From: Octopus vulgaris
Lineage: Eukaryota
Assembly (NCBI GenBank): GCA_951406725.2
Contig: OX597834.1
Location: forward strand, 40,134,001-40,196,000
Length of the DNA: 62,000 bases
Direction of reading: 5' to 3'
Below the pieces are notes generated by a model. That model made no database searches, had not been told where the DNA came from, and saw nothing but the letters and a program-made list of their open reading frames with translations. Position numbers and translations under genes: made by a program. Every line of letters begins with the position of its first letter. Within the stretch, counting starts at the first letter, position 1. Shown here piece after piece: positions 1 to 12,640 of this stretch.

Positions 1-315
1 CATCACCATTACTTTTTACAATGGTATTGGCACCAATGCTTTTATATGGTACCATCACCAGTGTTTTTTATGACACTATTATCAGTGCACTTTACGTGGC
101 ACCATCACCAGCGCTCTTTACACGCCACCAATCTAACCCTAGTGCTAACTCTAAACCTAACTCTAAATCCTAACCTAGATCAGATAATTGCAGAGGGTAG
201 CCTACTAATCCTATGGTAGACTTCACACTGAAACAGCATCAATAAATGCCATTCTGGTGTAAGACTCAGACCATAATTAAGTTTATAAGCAGGTCTCCAG
301 CAACCAGCCAACTCA

Positions 316-715
316 TCATCATCATCATCATTTAACATCCATTTTCCATGCTAGCATGGGTTGAACGGTTCGACAGTTCGACCGGGGTCTGGGAAGCCAG
401 AAGGCTGCTCCAGGCTCCAGTCTGATCTGGTAGTGTTTCTACAGCTGGATGCCCTTCCTAACACCAACCACTCCGTGAGTGTAGTGGGTGCTTATTACAT
501 ACCACCAGCACAGGGATCACAACTACAATTTCCATTGATTTTTGATGTTGATGTACTTGACTCAATAGGTCTCCTCAAGCACAGGGTCGAAACGGTGTTT
601 CTTTACTTGCTACCTGCACAGGAGTCAGTCCAGTGGCACTGGCAATGGCCGGGTGCCAGTCATAGGATTGGTTCAGTTTCAATTCCAATTTCATCTGGGA
701 GAAACTGACACTGGG
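316..715 (-). mobile_element. 3' end of RTE-type LINE or RTE-tailed SINE (family C)
   Basis: (GAT)n tail at 316-331 on the minus strand. Body matches the 3' UTR of the RTE copy at 49395-50312. Confidence 0.8.
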
Positions 716-845
716 TCTCTTTCTGAAACAATGATCAAGATTCTGAAGGGATAAGTAGTAGGCTTACAAAGAATAAGTCCTGGGGTCGATTTGCTCGACT
801 AAAGGCGGTGCTCCAGCATGGCCACAGTCAAATGACTGAAACAAG

Positions 846-897
<52 letters not shown>

Positions 898-1479
898 AAG
901 AGAGAGACCTACAGACAGACAGAGGTAGGGCTCCACTATTTCTCTTCCTGCAACATTCTAACAACTTGTGTGTGTATACTAAAATATTTTTACCACTGAT
1001 TTCAGTCATAGGACAATGGCCATGCTGGAGCAGTAGTGACTTTTTGTCAGTTACATCAATGTCAGTATCTACTTAGCCTGGGACTCAATCATTCACTTAA
1101 TGAAAGGTCGAGTTCACCTACATGTTGAGTTATATCCCCTGTTCCCTTTCACAGATGTAAATAACACTAGGTATTTATAGCAGGATACAACAACACACAG
1201 ACACACATATTCATTATCGCTCTGACCACTTTCACATTGAGACTTTTCATGATATATCTCAAATGAATATGTACATTTGTGCGTGTATATTTGGATGTAG
1301 TTGTGTACATATATGTGTGTAGGTGTACATAAATGTATGCATGTGTGAAGTATTCCAGTGGGTGACCAGTTCAAAGAAAGCCAGTCTCGACGCTTAGAAT
1401 AAAGAACTCAAAGATAGCTCTGAGAGCGAATAAACATTTAGTCAGAAAAACATTTGACTGTTTATATATATACAAATAC

Positions 1480-1544
<65 letters not shown>

Positions 1545-1779
1545 CATATATATATAGTTGAAATTTATAGATATATATATATACATACATACTTTATAAA
1601 CATTTATAATATACATGTGTGTGTGTATACATACATATTATATATATATATATATATATATATACATACACACTTTATAAATATTTATAATGTACATGTG
1701 TGTGTGTGTATATACATATATATATATGTACATACACATGCACACTTTATAAATATTTATAATGTACATGTGTGTGTGT

Positions 1780-1840
<61 letters not shown>

Positions 1841-1949
1841 AGCCTAGTACTTATTCTATTGGTCACTCTTGCCCAACTGCAAGTAGTGATGGGTGACAAA
1901 CACAAACAGATACACACACACACACACACATATATATACATATATGTAT

Positions 1950-2350
1950 CTACAGGCACAGGTGTGACTGCGTGGTAAGAAGCTTGCTTCCCAGCCACAT
2001 GGTTTGGGGTTCAGTCCCACTGCATGGCACCTTGGGCTATATAGCCTCAGGCTGACCAAAGCCTTGTGAGAGGATTCGGTAGATGGAAACTGAAAGAAAC
2101 CCATATACATATGTATGTATGTATATATATATATGTGTGTGTGTGTGTATATATATGTGTGTGTGTGCACATCCTATCGCTGCTTGTCAACTGGTGTTGG
2201 TGTGTTTGCAACCCCATAACTTAGCAGTTTGGCAAAAGAGATTGATAGAATAAGTAGCATGCTAAAAAAATAAGCACTGGGGTTGATTCATTCGACTAAA
2301 AATTGAAGGTAATGCCCCAGCATGGGCCACAGTCTAATGACTGAAACATA
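1950..2350 (+). mobile_element. tRNA-headed SINE family B, diverged
   Basis: Head ...gcgtggtaagaagcttgcttcccagccacatggtttggggttcagtccc, internal (TA/TG)n, tail ...gtctaatgactgaaac. Confidence 0.8.
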
Positions 2351-2365
2351 TATGTACATGTATGC

Positions 2366-2408
<43 letters not shown>

Positions 2409-3053
2409 ATCATGTTTTGAGTTTTATTTTTCTTATTTGCATCACCAGATGTGTGTGTGTATGTGTATATATATATGCCAATGTTAATAAATATTGCGTG
2501 TATACATATATAAATACAGGTGTGCATGTGTGTATGTATATATATATATATTTGTATACATATAACACATACATGCAAGGCAGACTTCTGCAATTTCCGT
2601 CTTCCAAATTTCATTCAAAAGTCATTATATATAAATAGATTAGCTACAGTGTCTGTGTGTGTGCATGTGTGTGTGTGTATTTTTATACTGTAATATATAT
2701 ATATATCTATGAACACTTACAGGGAAGTGTGTATGTATGTGTGTAACTATGTGAGCAAGTCATGTATGTATGTGTAATGAAATGTATAGTGTAGCATGAA
2801 AGAGATAAACAGAAAGATGTGTGTGAACACCTACAGACAGGTGTGTGAATGTGTGTGTGTGTGTTTATGTGTGTGTGTAATGGAAAATATTCACAATACT
2901 AAAAATAAACAAAATAAGTGTGTATGTGTGTGTGTGTGTGTATATACTGAATACATGCATAGGAGTACCTACAGACAGGTGTGTGTATGTGTGTGCATAT
3001 GTAATGAAATATGTTTCAAAGATTAATAATGAATGAGAGAGAGAGAGAGAGAG

Positions 3054-3096
<43 letters not shown>

Positions 3097-3636
3097 AATG
3101 AAAAAGGTTCACAATACTAAAGATAAACAAAATAAAAGTGTATATGTGTGAGTATATACTGAAATATATGTGCATGAACACCTACAGACAGGTGTGTATG
3201 CACGTGTGTGTATATGTAACAAAATGTTTCAAATATCAATAATGATAAGATTATGTGTGTGCATGCATGTGCGTGAATGTGCGTATATGCAAGTGTGTAT
3301 ATGCATGTACATGTGTGTGTATATGCCTGTGTGTGTGCATACGCTTACTGAAATAAATGTACATACATTAATAAGAAATAAACAGAAATGTGTGCATGTG
3401 TTTATACTTAAATATATATGTGTATATATATGTATAAACATCAACCAGTAAGAGTGTGTGTGTGCGTGTGTGCACATGTGTACTTGTGTATGTGTGTCAG
3501 ATAATATCCAAAAGTGAAACAACAACCACAAAATAATTAGAAAATGGATCCGCAGTTGGCATCAACAATGGCTATATCAGTTATTTGATCAGCAGAACCG
3601 GTTGAATATCCCACAGACATTCATACTGCCACACCG

Positions 3637-3674
<38 letters not shown>

Positions 3675-3974
3675 CCCAGAACTACTACCTACTCCCTGAA
3701 ACTCATAGTAAAAATCTAATTAGTAATTAGCTGAAGGACACGTGTGCCGTTACTGAACTAGAAATAGACACTCTCCAAAGAACAACTTGCTCATTAAATT
3801 ACATTCTAAGTAGTGGTCGAGTACTCCACAGACTCGTCTACCTTTAACATATTCTTTGAGGAAAAAAATCAGCATGACATAGGGTTTGGCATGGCTGGAC
3901 ACTCAACATTTATGTGACTGATATAATTTGTTCTCCATTTGACAGGTTCTCACATGCAGCTACTGTCTACTCTG

Positions 3975-4258
3975 AGGGTCTGTATAAAATTTTTTGGGGT
4001 CAACAGATACAATAGTAAATTGGGGCTCTACAGTAATTTTTCAAGGGCCTTGAAAAAATTGAGAGTGAAGTTTACGTACAATGAATCAGTTATACATCTA
4101 CAATAAACAGAATATTTTGACCATTTTTATACAAGTTCTAATAATATTTAGTCATAAAAATACAATAGGATTTTTTAAGCATCGAATATTTATAGGGTAC
4201 ACCCATTAAGATAGGAATCAAAGGGGTCGACAGGTAAAAAATGGTTTGAGAACCCCTG
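3975..4258. mobile_element. hAT-type MITE fragment
   Basis: Ends in ggtttgagaacccctg, a hAT/Charlie-like terminus. Confidence 0.5.
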
Positions 4259-4410
4259 GTCTACCCATATTTTATTTCATGTGTTTCTGTTGACCCTGAA
4301 GCTATGGTGATAGAAAAACACATTCAAGGTGTCACATAATGAAATTGAACTTGGGTCCTTCATGCCTGAAAACGAAACTTCTAAACCATTTTCAATGCAA
4401 ACCTCTTAGC

Positions 4411-4609
4411 TAATGGTTTTTAACCTTTTTAATATCTGGGTCAGATCCAAAACCTGTGTTTTTTTTTTTAGGGGCCTGCACCAGAAAAAGTAAAACAGAA
4501 GTCAATTAGAGAAAAATTTATATTTATGTAGAGTGAAAACCATCAGGGACTGCCAGAAGGATGTCTAAGGGCCACATGCATCCCTGGGAGCCACGATTGA
4601 GGACTACTG
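4411..4609. mobile_element. hAT-type MITE
   Basis: Termini taatggtttttaacc and gattgaggactactg. Flanks ctcttagc / ctctagac resemble the 8-bp NTCTAGAN target of Charlie-type hATs. Confidence 0.5.
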
Positions 4610-4789
4610 CTCTAGACTGTAGCTCTACCAGTTAGAAATAACAGCTAAATCTTCCTCATAGTAAACCCTCTAGGAAGTACTTCTACCAATTAGAAAACAC
4701 ATCCAAAACCTCATGTGATGAAATTGAACGTGTACCCCTCGTGCTTACAAAGAAAATTTCTAAACTATTTACAATCCAAGCCTCTGGGT

Positions 4790-4941
4790 CAGGGATTCCC
4801 AGCCTGGGGTCTTCAAACACAATACTGAATATCCCTGAACTAAATTCAAACTTTTATATATATACACACACACACACGAGGATATGCATATTAAAAGGGG
4901 TCAGTGGGAAAACTAATTTAAAAAAGGGGCGGGAACCACTA
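4790..4941. mobile_element. hAT-type MITE
   Basis: Termini cagggattccca and gggaaccacta. 8-bp flanks ctctgggt / ctctagat match at 6 of 8 positions. Confidence 0.55.
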
Positions 4942-4960
4942 CTCTAGATAGTATGCCTTT

Positions 4961-5172
4961 ACCAGCTAGAAATAACAGCCAAATCTCCCTCACATCAGGC
5001 CTTCTAAGTAGTAACCCTACCAGTTAGAAATAACAGCCAAATGCTCCTCACATTAGGCCTTCTAAGTAGTAGCTCTACCAGTTAGAAATAACAGCCAAAT
5101 GCCCCTCACATCAGACCCTCTAGGTAGTAACTCTACCAGTTAGAAATAACAGCCAAATCTCCCTCATATAAG
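4961..5172. repeat. 58-bp tandem repeat, about 3.6 units, plus two diverged units at 4627 and 4685
   Basis: accagttagaaataacagccaaat recurs at 4961, 5019, 5077 and 5135. Confidence 0.92.
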
Positions 5173-5355
5173 ACCATTGTACCTTCGGCAAAAAACAATA
5201 CAGTAGAGTTATATACTACTAATAAACAAACAAAAAAAAGACAAAAAATAAATGAGATGGGCATGGCTAGAATAACCCCAAGCAGGCAGAGGTGACCGAG
5301 GGCTAAATGAGAACAGTATTATCAACAACAACAGCATGAACAAGACAACACTCAC

Positions 5356-5375
5356 CGAGAGAGTACTTTTTCCAC
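5356..5375 (-). CDS. Candidate 20-nt micro-exon (GKSTLS, VEKVLS or WKKYSL depending on frame)
   Basis: Acceptor ctttcattgacaatgttctccag and consensus donor TCG|gtgagt. All three frames are open. Confidence 0.3.
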
Positions 5376-6147
5376 CTGGAGAACATTGTCAATGAAAGTG
5401 TAGAAACACAACCGTTATAGTACACTATGTGTGGTTGGATGTGTGTGTGTGTGTGTGGCTGGATGTGTGTATGTATGTGTATACATATATGTATGTGTGT
5501 GTGTGTGAGTGTGTAGATGGATGTGTGCGGGATTATATATGGTATATATGTCCGTCGGTGTGTGAGTATATTTGTTGGGTGTTTGTGTGTATGTTTACAT
5601 AAATGTATGTGTGTGTGTGTGGATTGATTTAAGGATTTACGTGTATGTGTGTGCGTGTGTGTGTGTGTGTGTGTATGTGTACAGGTGGTGTGTGTGTGTG
5701 TGTAGACAGAGGTGTTATAATCCACAGGTGTAAAGTTAGGTTCCTGTCGAGATGAATTAAAAGTTGGCAATGAAGAACAACACCGATAGAAATAGCGTGT
5801 GTATGTGTGTGTATGTGTGTGTGTATGTGTGTGTATGTATGTATGTGTGTGTGCACACGTGTGTATCTATATGTGTGTATATCTGTGCATGTGTGTATAT
5901 ATATATGTTTGTGTGTGCATATCTATATGTGTGTGTATATCAATGTGTGTCTGGGTGATTATTATTCAATATGTGTATATGTAAGAATGAATATACATAC
6001 ATACATATATATTTATTTAAGTCCATATGTGTGTGTGCATACATATGTGTGTGCATGTGTGTGTGTGTATCAATATATATTCATGTAGGGAAGTATAAAT
6101 ATCTTTATATTAGTGTATGTGTGGGCATATATATATATATGTGTATG

Positions 6148-6178
<31 letters not shown>

Positions 6179-6369
6179 TTATATATGTATGTCTGTGTAT
6201 ATATATATATATATATATTTATACACACACACATGCACGTGTGTGAGTGTATATAAGGGTATGTCTATACGAATATGTATGTTTATCCCCCACCCACCCC
6301 AGAATCATTTCACAGGGGCAACATGAAGTGAGGTGCCGAATGCATCATGTGCTTATTACACGAGTGTTG

Positions 6370-6395
6370 CTTTAGTAGTAATAGTGGTGGCGATG

Positions 6396-6444
<49 letters not shown>

Positions 6445-6524
6445 CAATAGTAGTGGTGGTGGTGGTGGTAGCTTTAGTGTGTTAATGAAGATGCGGATTG
6501 GTGGTTGTGGTGGTGGTGGTAGTA

Positions 6525-6581
<57 letters not shown>

Positions 6582-6628
6582 ATTGGAGTGGCAGCAGCAG
6601 CAGTGTCAGCAGCAGCAGTGTCAGCAGC
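6370..6628. repeat. (AGT)n/(GGT)n/(AGC)n compound microsatellite
   Basis: Read directly from the sequence. Confidence 0.95.
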
Positions 6629-6872
6629 AACAGGAGGAATATATTTATTTCGCAGGATGTCCGATTATATTCTCTACTGCTGAAACTACAGGATGGCTGG
6701 CTGGCTGGCTGGCTGCTGATGTTGTGGTGGTGGTCGTGGTGGGAGCAAGGAGGGTGCCATTGAAAGATTCCTCCTCAATAAGGTGGAAGAAACCAGATGA
6801 AAATCAATGTGTGTGTGAGTGCGTGCATGTATTATTCCAACAAGTGTGTATACACACACACACACACATGTG

Positions 6873-6903
<31 letters not shown>

Positions 6904-7108
6904 TACTCTTTTAACTCTTTTACTTGTTTCAGTCATTTGACTGCGGCCATGCTGGAGCACCACCTTTAGTCGAGCAAATCGACCCCGGGACTTATTCTTT
7001 GTAAGCCCAGTACTTATTCTATTGGTCTCTTTTGCCGAACCGCTAAGTGACGGGGAACATAAACACACCAGGATCGGTTGTCAAGCAATGCTAGGGGGAC
7101 AAACACAA

Positions 7109-7181
<73 letters not shown>

Positions 7182-7347
7182 TACGACAGGCTTCTTTCAG
7201 TTTCCGTCTACCAAATCCACTCACAAGGCATTGGTCGGCCCGGGGCTATAGCAGAAGACACTTGCCCAAGATGCCATGCAGTGGGACTGAACCCGGAACC
7301 ATGTGGCTGGTTAGCAAGCTACTTACCACACAGCCACTCCTGCGCCT
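6904..7347 (-). mobile_element. Full-length SINE family B
   Basis: Head ggcgcaggagtggctgtgtggtaagtagc with A/B-box-like ggttccgggttcagtccc, internal (TA)n, tail ...gaaacaagtaaaagag. Near-identical to 61531-61976. Confidence 0.9.
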
Positions 7348-7419
7348 ATTATATATATATATATATATATATTCACTCTCATAGATTTATATTCAGATTT
7401 TACTAAGCCTATATATATA

Positions 7420-7596
7420 TATTTCTTTACAACCCAAAAGGGGCTAAACACAGAGGGCACAAACAAGGAGAGACAAAGGGATTAAGTCGATTACATTGAC
7501 CCCAGCACGTAACTAGTACTTAATTTATCGACCCCAAAAGGATGAAAGGCAAAGTCGACCTTGGCAGAATTTGAACTCGGAACATAACGACGGACG
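7420..7596 (-). mobile_element. 5'-truncated SINE family A with an 18-bp target-site duplication
   Basis: actaagcctatatatata occurs at 7402-7419 and 7597-7614. Confidence 0.85.
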
Positions 7597-7861
7597 ACTA
7601 AGCCTATATATATACACACAAAGAGATATATATATATATACACACTCAAAGATATATACACATAGTAGCATGGAGAGCTGTGTGGTGGAGAAGACCATTT
7701 TACCATTCTGATATCATGCAGCTTCAGGTTCAATCCCACAGCACAGCACCATGGACAAGCTTTGTGAATGAAATTGTGTTTATGTATATAGATGAATGGG
7801 AGTGAGGGAGGGATGAAGGGAGAGAAAGAGGGAGGGATCAGAGAGACAGACAGATAGACAT

Positions 7862-8106
7862 TCTTTTGTTTCAGTCACTTGACTGCGGCCATGCTGGAGC
7901 ACCGCCTTTAAGCATTTTAGTCAAACAAATCAACCCCACGACTTACATTCTTTCTTTCTTTTTTTTTTTTTTTTTTGTAAGCCTAGTACTTATTCTATCA
8001 GTCTCTTTTGCTAAAATGCTCAGTTACAGGGACATAAATATACCAACACCGGCTGTCAAGTGGTAATTGTGGGGAACAAACACAGACACTCACACACACA
8101 TATATA
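7862..8106 (-). mobile_element. SINE family B, 3' half
   Basis: Tail and body are present up to the internal (CA/TA)n, where the mariner element begins. Confidence 0.8.
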
Positions 8107-9040
8107 TAAAGTCAAGAAAGTTCTTGCAGTTTTTAACCTTTAAATTCAGATGCACATATCTCGGCTCGAACAAAATTTTATTAATCAAAATAAACACCAT
8201 CAGAATCAACACACTTTTGCCAACACGAAACCAGTTTATTTATGCCAGTAGCATAAAAATCCTGCATTCTGGTGGTGATGAAGTCGTTGAAGGCGTTTTT
8301 GCCATCGTCTTGGTTTTTCAAGCATTTCTCATGCAGGAAGTTGTCGAGATACTTGAAAAAGTGGTAGTCGGGAGGAAAAAGGTCTGGTGAGTATGGTGGA
8401 TGAGGCAGAGTTTCGTAGCCCAATTTGTTCAACTTCTACAGGGTCAGTTGTGCAACATGCAGCCGAGCATTGTGAAAAAGAATTGGTCCTTTTCTATTGA
8501 CCAATGCTGGCTGTTGTTGTCAGAGTTTCTTATGCATTTCATCCATTTGCTGAGAGTATTTCTCTGCCGTAATGGTTTCACCTGGATCCAAAAAGCTGTG
8601 ATGGATGAGACCGGCCGCAGACCACCAAACAGTCACCATGACCTTCTTTTGGTGCAACTTTGGCTTTGGGAAGTGCCATGGAGCTTCATTGGCATCCAAC
8701 CACTGAGCTGATCGTTGACGGTTGCCGTAAAGAATTCACTTTTCATTGCAAGTCACAATCTGCTCAAGAAATGGGTCATTCTTGTTGCATAAAAGAAGGG
8801 AAGACAACGCTTCAAAATGGCATTTTTCTTTGGTTGGCGTTCAATTCGTGTGGCACCCATTTCTCAAGTATTTTTATTTTTCCAATCTCTTTCAAGTGGT
8901 TGGAAATTGTCGTATACGTTACGTCTAATTCAGAAGCAAGCTCTCGAACAGTTGCGAGTTGATTGGCTTCCACTAAGGTTCTTAGTTGATCATTGTCAAC
9001 ATCCGATGGCTGACCACCCTCTAGTATTTGTCCTTTTCTC
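8107..9040 (-). mobile_element. Decayed mariner transposon (DD34D, Hsmar1/SETMAR-like transposase pseudogene), 5'-truncated
   Basis: Minus strand reads WVPHEL ... KPKLHQKKVMVTVWW ... LPHPPYSPDL with stops and frameshifts. A terminal-repeat-like sequence lies at about 8107-8135 next to TA. Confidence 0.93.
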
Positions 9041-9184
9041 TCCTAGCAGATAATGATGAGGATGATGATGAAGATGATACTGTTTGTATCAGTCATTAGT
9101 CATGGTTAAAATTAACTCTTTCCTTGCACTGCTCGACTGATTATGCAAATGATTAAGCCATGACCAACTCCACTAGGTATTTCT

Positions 9185-9365
9185 TCCACTTCTTAGCAAC
9201 ACTCCCTGAAGGCCCAGATGCCTTCCCAACCTTCATGTCTTTCATTGCACTATTCACTATACTGCTGTCAACATTCAATAGCTGGTCCCTCTTTTGAGTC
9301 TACTTGGAACCGCCCCTCTCTCTCCCTCTCTCTCATGCATTCTCTTCATTTAACAACCCCTTCTC
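9185..9365 (-). pseudogene. RTE LINE ORF fragment
   Basis: Reads LLNEENA ... DSSIVNSAMKDMKVGKASGPSG, the MKxGKAxGPxG linker typical of the region before the non-LTR reverse transcriptase. Confidence 0.65.
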
Positions 9366-9450
9366 TGAGCAATTCCATACCATTTTCCCCATTTTTCCTT
9401 TTGACAGTAGCGAAAGCATGCCGTACCACTATCATTCCATGCTCATTCCT

Positions 9451-9681
9451 TATTTCTTTACTGCCCACAAGGGGCTAAACACAGAGGGGACAAACAAGGA
9501 CAGACGAATGGATTAAGTCGATTATATTGACCCCAGTACGTAACTGGTACTTATTTAATCGACCCCGAAAGGATGAAAGGCAAAGTCAACCTCGACGGAA
9601 TTTGAACTCAGAACGTAGCGTCAGATGAAAAACCGCAAAGCATTTCGCCCGGCGTTCTAACGTTTCTGCCAGCTCGCCATC
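9451..9681 (-). mobile_element. Full-length SINE family A
   Basis: Head ggcgagctggcagaaacg, core gttgactttgcctttcatcctttcggggtcg, tail aaagaaata. Imperfect duplication ttccatg..cattcct on both sides. Confidence 0.88.
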
Positions 9682-9943
9682 TTCCATGTACATTCCTGCT
9701 TAATGATGTTTCAATTCTCTCAGTCGTACACCACCTTGCAACACACACACACACACACACACAAAGAGAGAGAGAAAAAGACAGAGTCTGAAGAAGCAAA
9801 ATACCAACTGTTTCCTTGGTTTGTTGTGTGTTGTGTCTATGTTTACAGTGCTTAACCTTGCTGTAACACGATAAGGTTAAACTTTGCTGATGCTCTTGGT
9901 GTTACAATTGCTCCTTTATACATACAAACATTACATACATACA

Positions 9944-10026
<83 letters not shown>

Positions 10027-10334
10027 TGGGAGTGGCTGTGTGGTAAGTAGCTTGCTAACCAACCACATGGTTCCGGGTTCAGTCCCACTGCGTGGCATCT
10101 TGGGCAAGTGTCTTCTGTTATAGCCCCAGGCCAACCAATGCCTTGTGAGTGGTTTTGGTAGACGGAAACTGAAAGAAGCCTGTCATATATATGTATATAT
10201 ATGTGTGTGTGTGTGTGTATGTGTTTGTGTCTGTGTATATATACACACACACACACAGTGCATATATATATGATATATATATAAATTTAATTTTTATATA
10301 TATATATTATTTATATATATAAATTTATATAAGG

Positions 10335-10700
10335 ATAACTCTTTTACTCTTTTACTTGCTTCAGTTATTTGACTGTGGCCATGCTGGAGCACCACCTTTA
10401 GTCGAGCAAATCGACCCCAGGACTTATTCTTTGTAAGCCTAGTACTTATTCTATCAGTCTCTTTTGCCGAACCACTAAGTTATGGGGACGTAAACACACC
10501 AGCTTCAGTTGTCAAGTGATATTGGGAAGACGAACACAGACACAAACATATACACACACACATACATACATATATATATATACATATATACAACGGGCTT
10601 CTTTCAGTTTCCGTCTACCAAATCCTTTCACAAGGCTTTGATCAATCTGAGGCTATGGTAGAAGATACTTGCCCAAGGTGCCACGCAGTGAGACTGAAAC
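10335..10700 (-). mobile_element. SINE family B, nearly full length
   Basis: Matches 6904-7347. Confidence 0.85.
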
Positions 10701-11009
10701 CGGAACCAATCACCCCCTTTTGGCTACCCCATTGTCACCTCAGCTTTTTTCAACACCCTCCAGGGGAGGCAGTACCACCCACTTTGAGAACCCCAGCTTT
10801 ACAGTATATCATCTGGCTCAAACCCTACCTGCCTGAAGATCCTACTCCAACGTTGATCCCAAGTTTAGTCATGGTAACCAAAGTTCCCTTAGTCTGCTTA
10901 ATGATGGAATAGAAGGCAAGGACCCTCCCAGATCATATAGAGTGGGCTGGAGAAGACACCCATGCACAGGATTTTCCCAGGGGCAGACCACTGCTAGCCT
11001 AAACTCGGC

Positions 11010-11074
<65 letters not shown>

Positions 11075-11179
11075 GTGGTGCATATAATGGATACAACAAG
11101 TCCCTTTAAGATATATATGCACACAAGAATCATTAACAAGAGGCAAAGCAAAAGATGGCAGTTGTTATTAAAACTACAT

Positions 11180-11590
11180 AGGTGCAGGAGTGGCTGTGTG
11201 GTAAGGAGCTTGCTTACCAACCACATAGTTCCGGGTTCAGTCCCACTGCGTGGCATCTTGGGCAAGTGTCTTTTACTATAGCCTTGGGCCGACCAAAGCC
11301 TTGTGAGTGGATTTGGTAAACGGAAACTGAAAGAAGCCCGTCGTATATATGTATATATATATATATGTATGTGTGTTTGTTTGTGTGTCTGTGTTTGTCC
11401 CCCTAGCATTGCTTGACAACCGATGCTGGTGTGTTTATGTCCCCGTAACTGAGCGGTTCGGCAAAAGAGACCGATAGAATATGTACTGGGCTTAAAAAGA
11501 ATAAGTCCCGGGGTCGAGTTGCTCGATTAAAGGCAGTGCACCAGCATGGCCACAGTCAAAATGACTGAAACAAGTAAAAAGAGAGAAAGA
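11180..11590 (+). mobile_element. Full-length SINE family B
   Basis: Reverse-complement match to 6904-7347. Confidence 0.88.
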
Positions 11591-11878
11591 GAGGACATTC
11601 ACCATTCTCCATTTCTTCATTCTTTGCAGAGTTAAATGGTAAAGAAAAACATGGAATTGTCACAATATCACTGAAATATTTCAGAGCAATAAACAGTTCC
11701 CATTATATATATATATATCCATGTATGTATGTATAGAGATGTGTGCATGTGTTTATATATATATATATATATGAAATGGTGTATATTATGTTATATATAT
11801 TTGTGTATATAATGTTATACAGCAGTAACTGGTTTAGAGTGAATTTCCGTTTTGACATCACATCATCTCCGTCTTTTC

Positions 11879-11928
<50 letters not shown>

Positions 11929-12214
11929 CGTGTGTGTGTGTGTGCATGTGAGTCAGTGTTTATGTGTACGTCTGTGTGTGTGTGCCGGTGTGTGTACATG
12001 TGTCAGTGTGTGTGTGTGTGTGTGTGTATGTGAATGAATGCATATGTGGTATAAGCATATGTGTGTGTGTGTGTGTGTGTGAATGTATGTATAAGTGCAT
12101 ATATCAGTATATATTTGCACCAGAGTGTATGTAAGTGCACATGGCCGTATGTGTATATGCATGAGTGTGCATGTATCCCAATATGTGTATATGTGTGTCT
12201 GTGTAGCTACATAC

Positions 12215-12250
<36 letters not shown>

Positions 12251-12369
12251 ATATATATATATACATATATATATATATACATAAATATATATATATACAT
12301 ATATATACATAAATATATATATATACATATATATACATATATACATATATATACATAAATATATATATA

Positions 12370-12640
12370 TATATATATATACACATACCTAAATATATAT
12401 ATACCTAAATATATATATATACCTAAATATATATATATTTATATATATATATATACCTAAATATATATATATACCTAAATATATATAAATATACCTAATA
12501 ATATATATATAGACATAAATATATATATATACCTAAATATATATATAGACATAAATATATATATAGACATAAATATATATATAGACATAAATATATATAT
12601 AGACATAAATATATATATAGACATAAATATATATATATAT
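12370..12640. repeat. (TA)n-derived minisatellite (acctaa(at)n, then agacataa(at)n units)
   Basis: Read directly from the sequence. Confidence 0.9.

Noticed and set aside
130-178. Telomere-like cctaac/ctaaac repeats
   Set aside because: Short and degenerate. Such tracts are common inside non-autonomous elements and are not evidence of a telomere.
7290-7347. tRNA-like A/B-box sequences in SINE heads
   Set aside because: They are followed by SINE bodies and I could not fold them into complete cloverleafs, so they are not tRNA genes.
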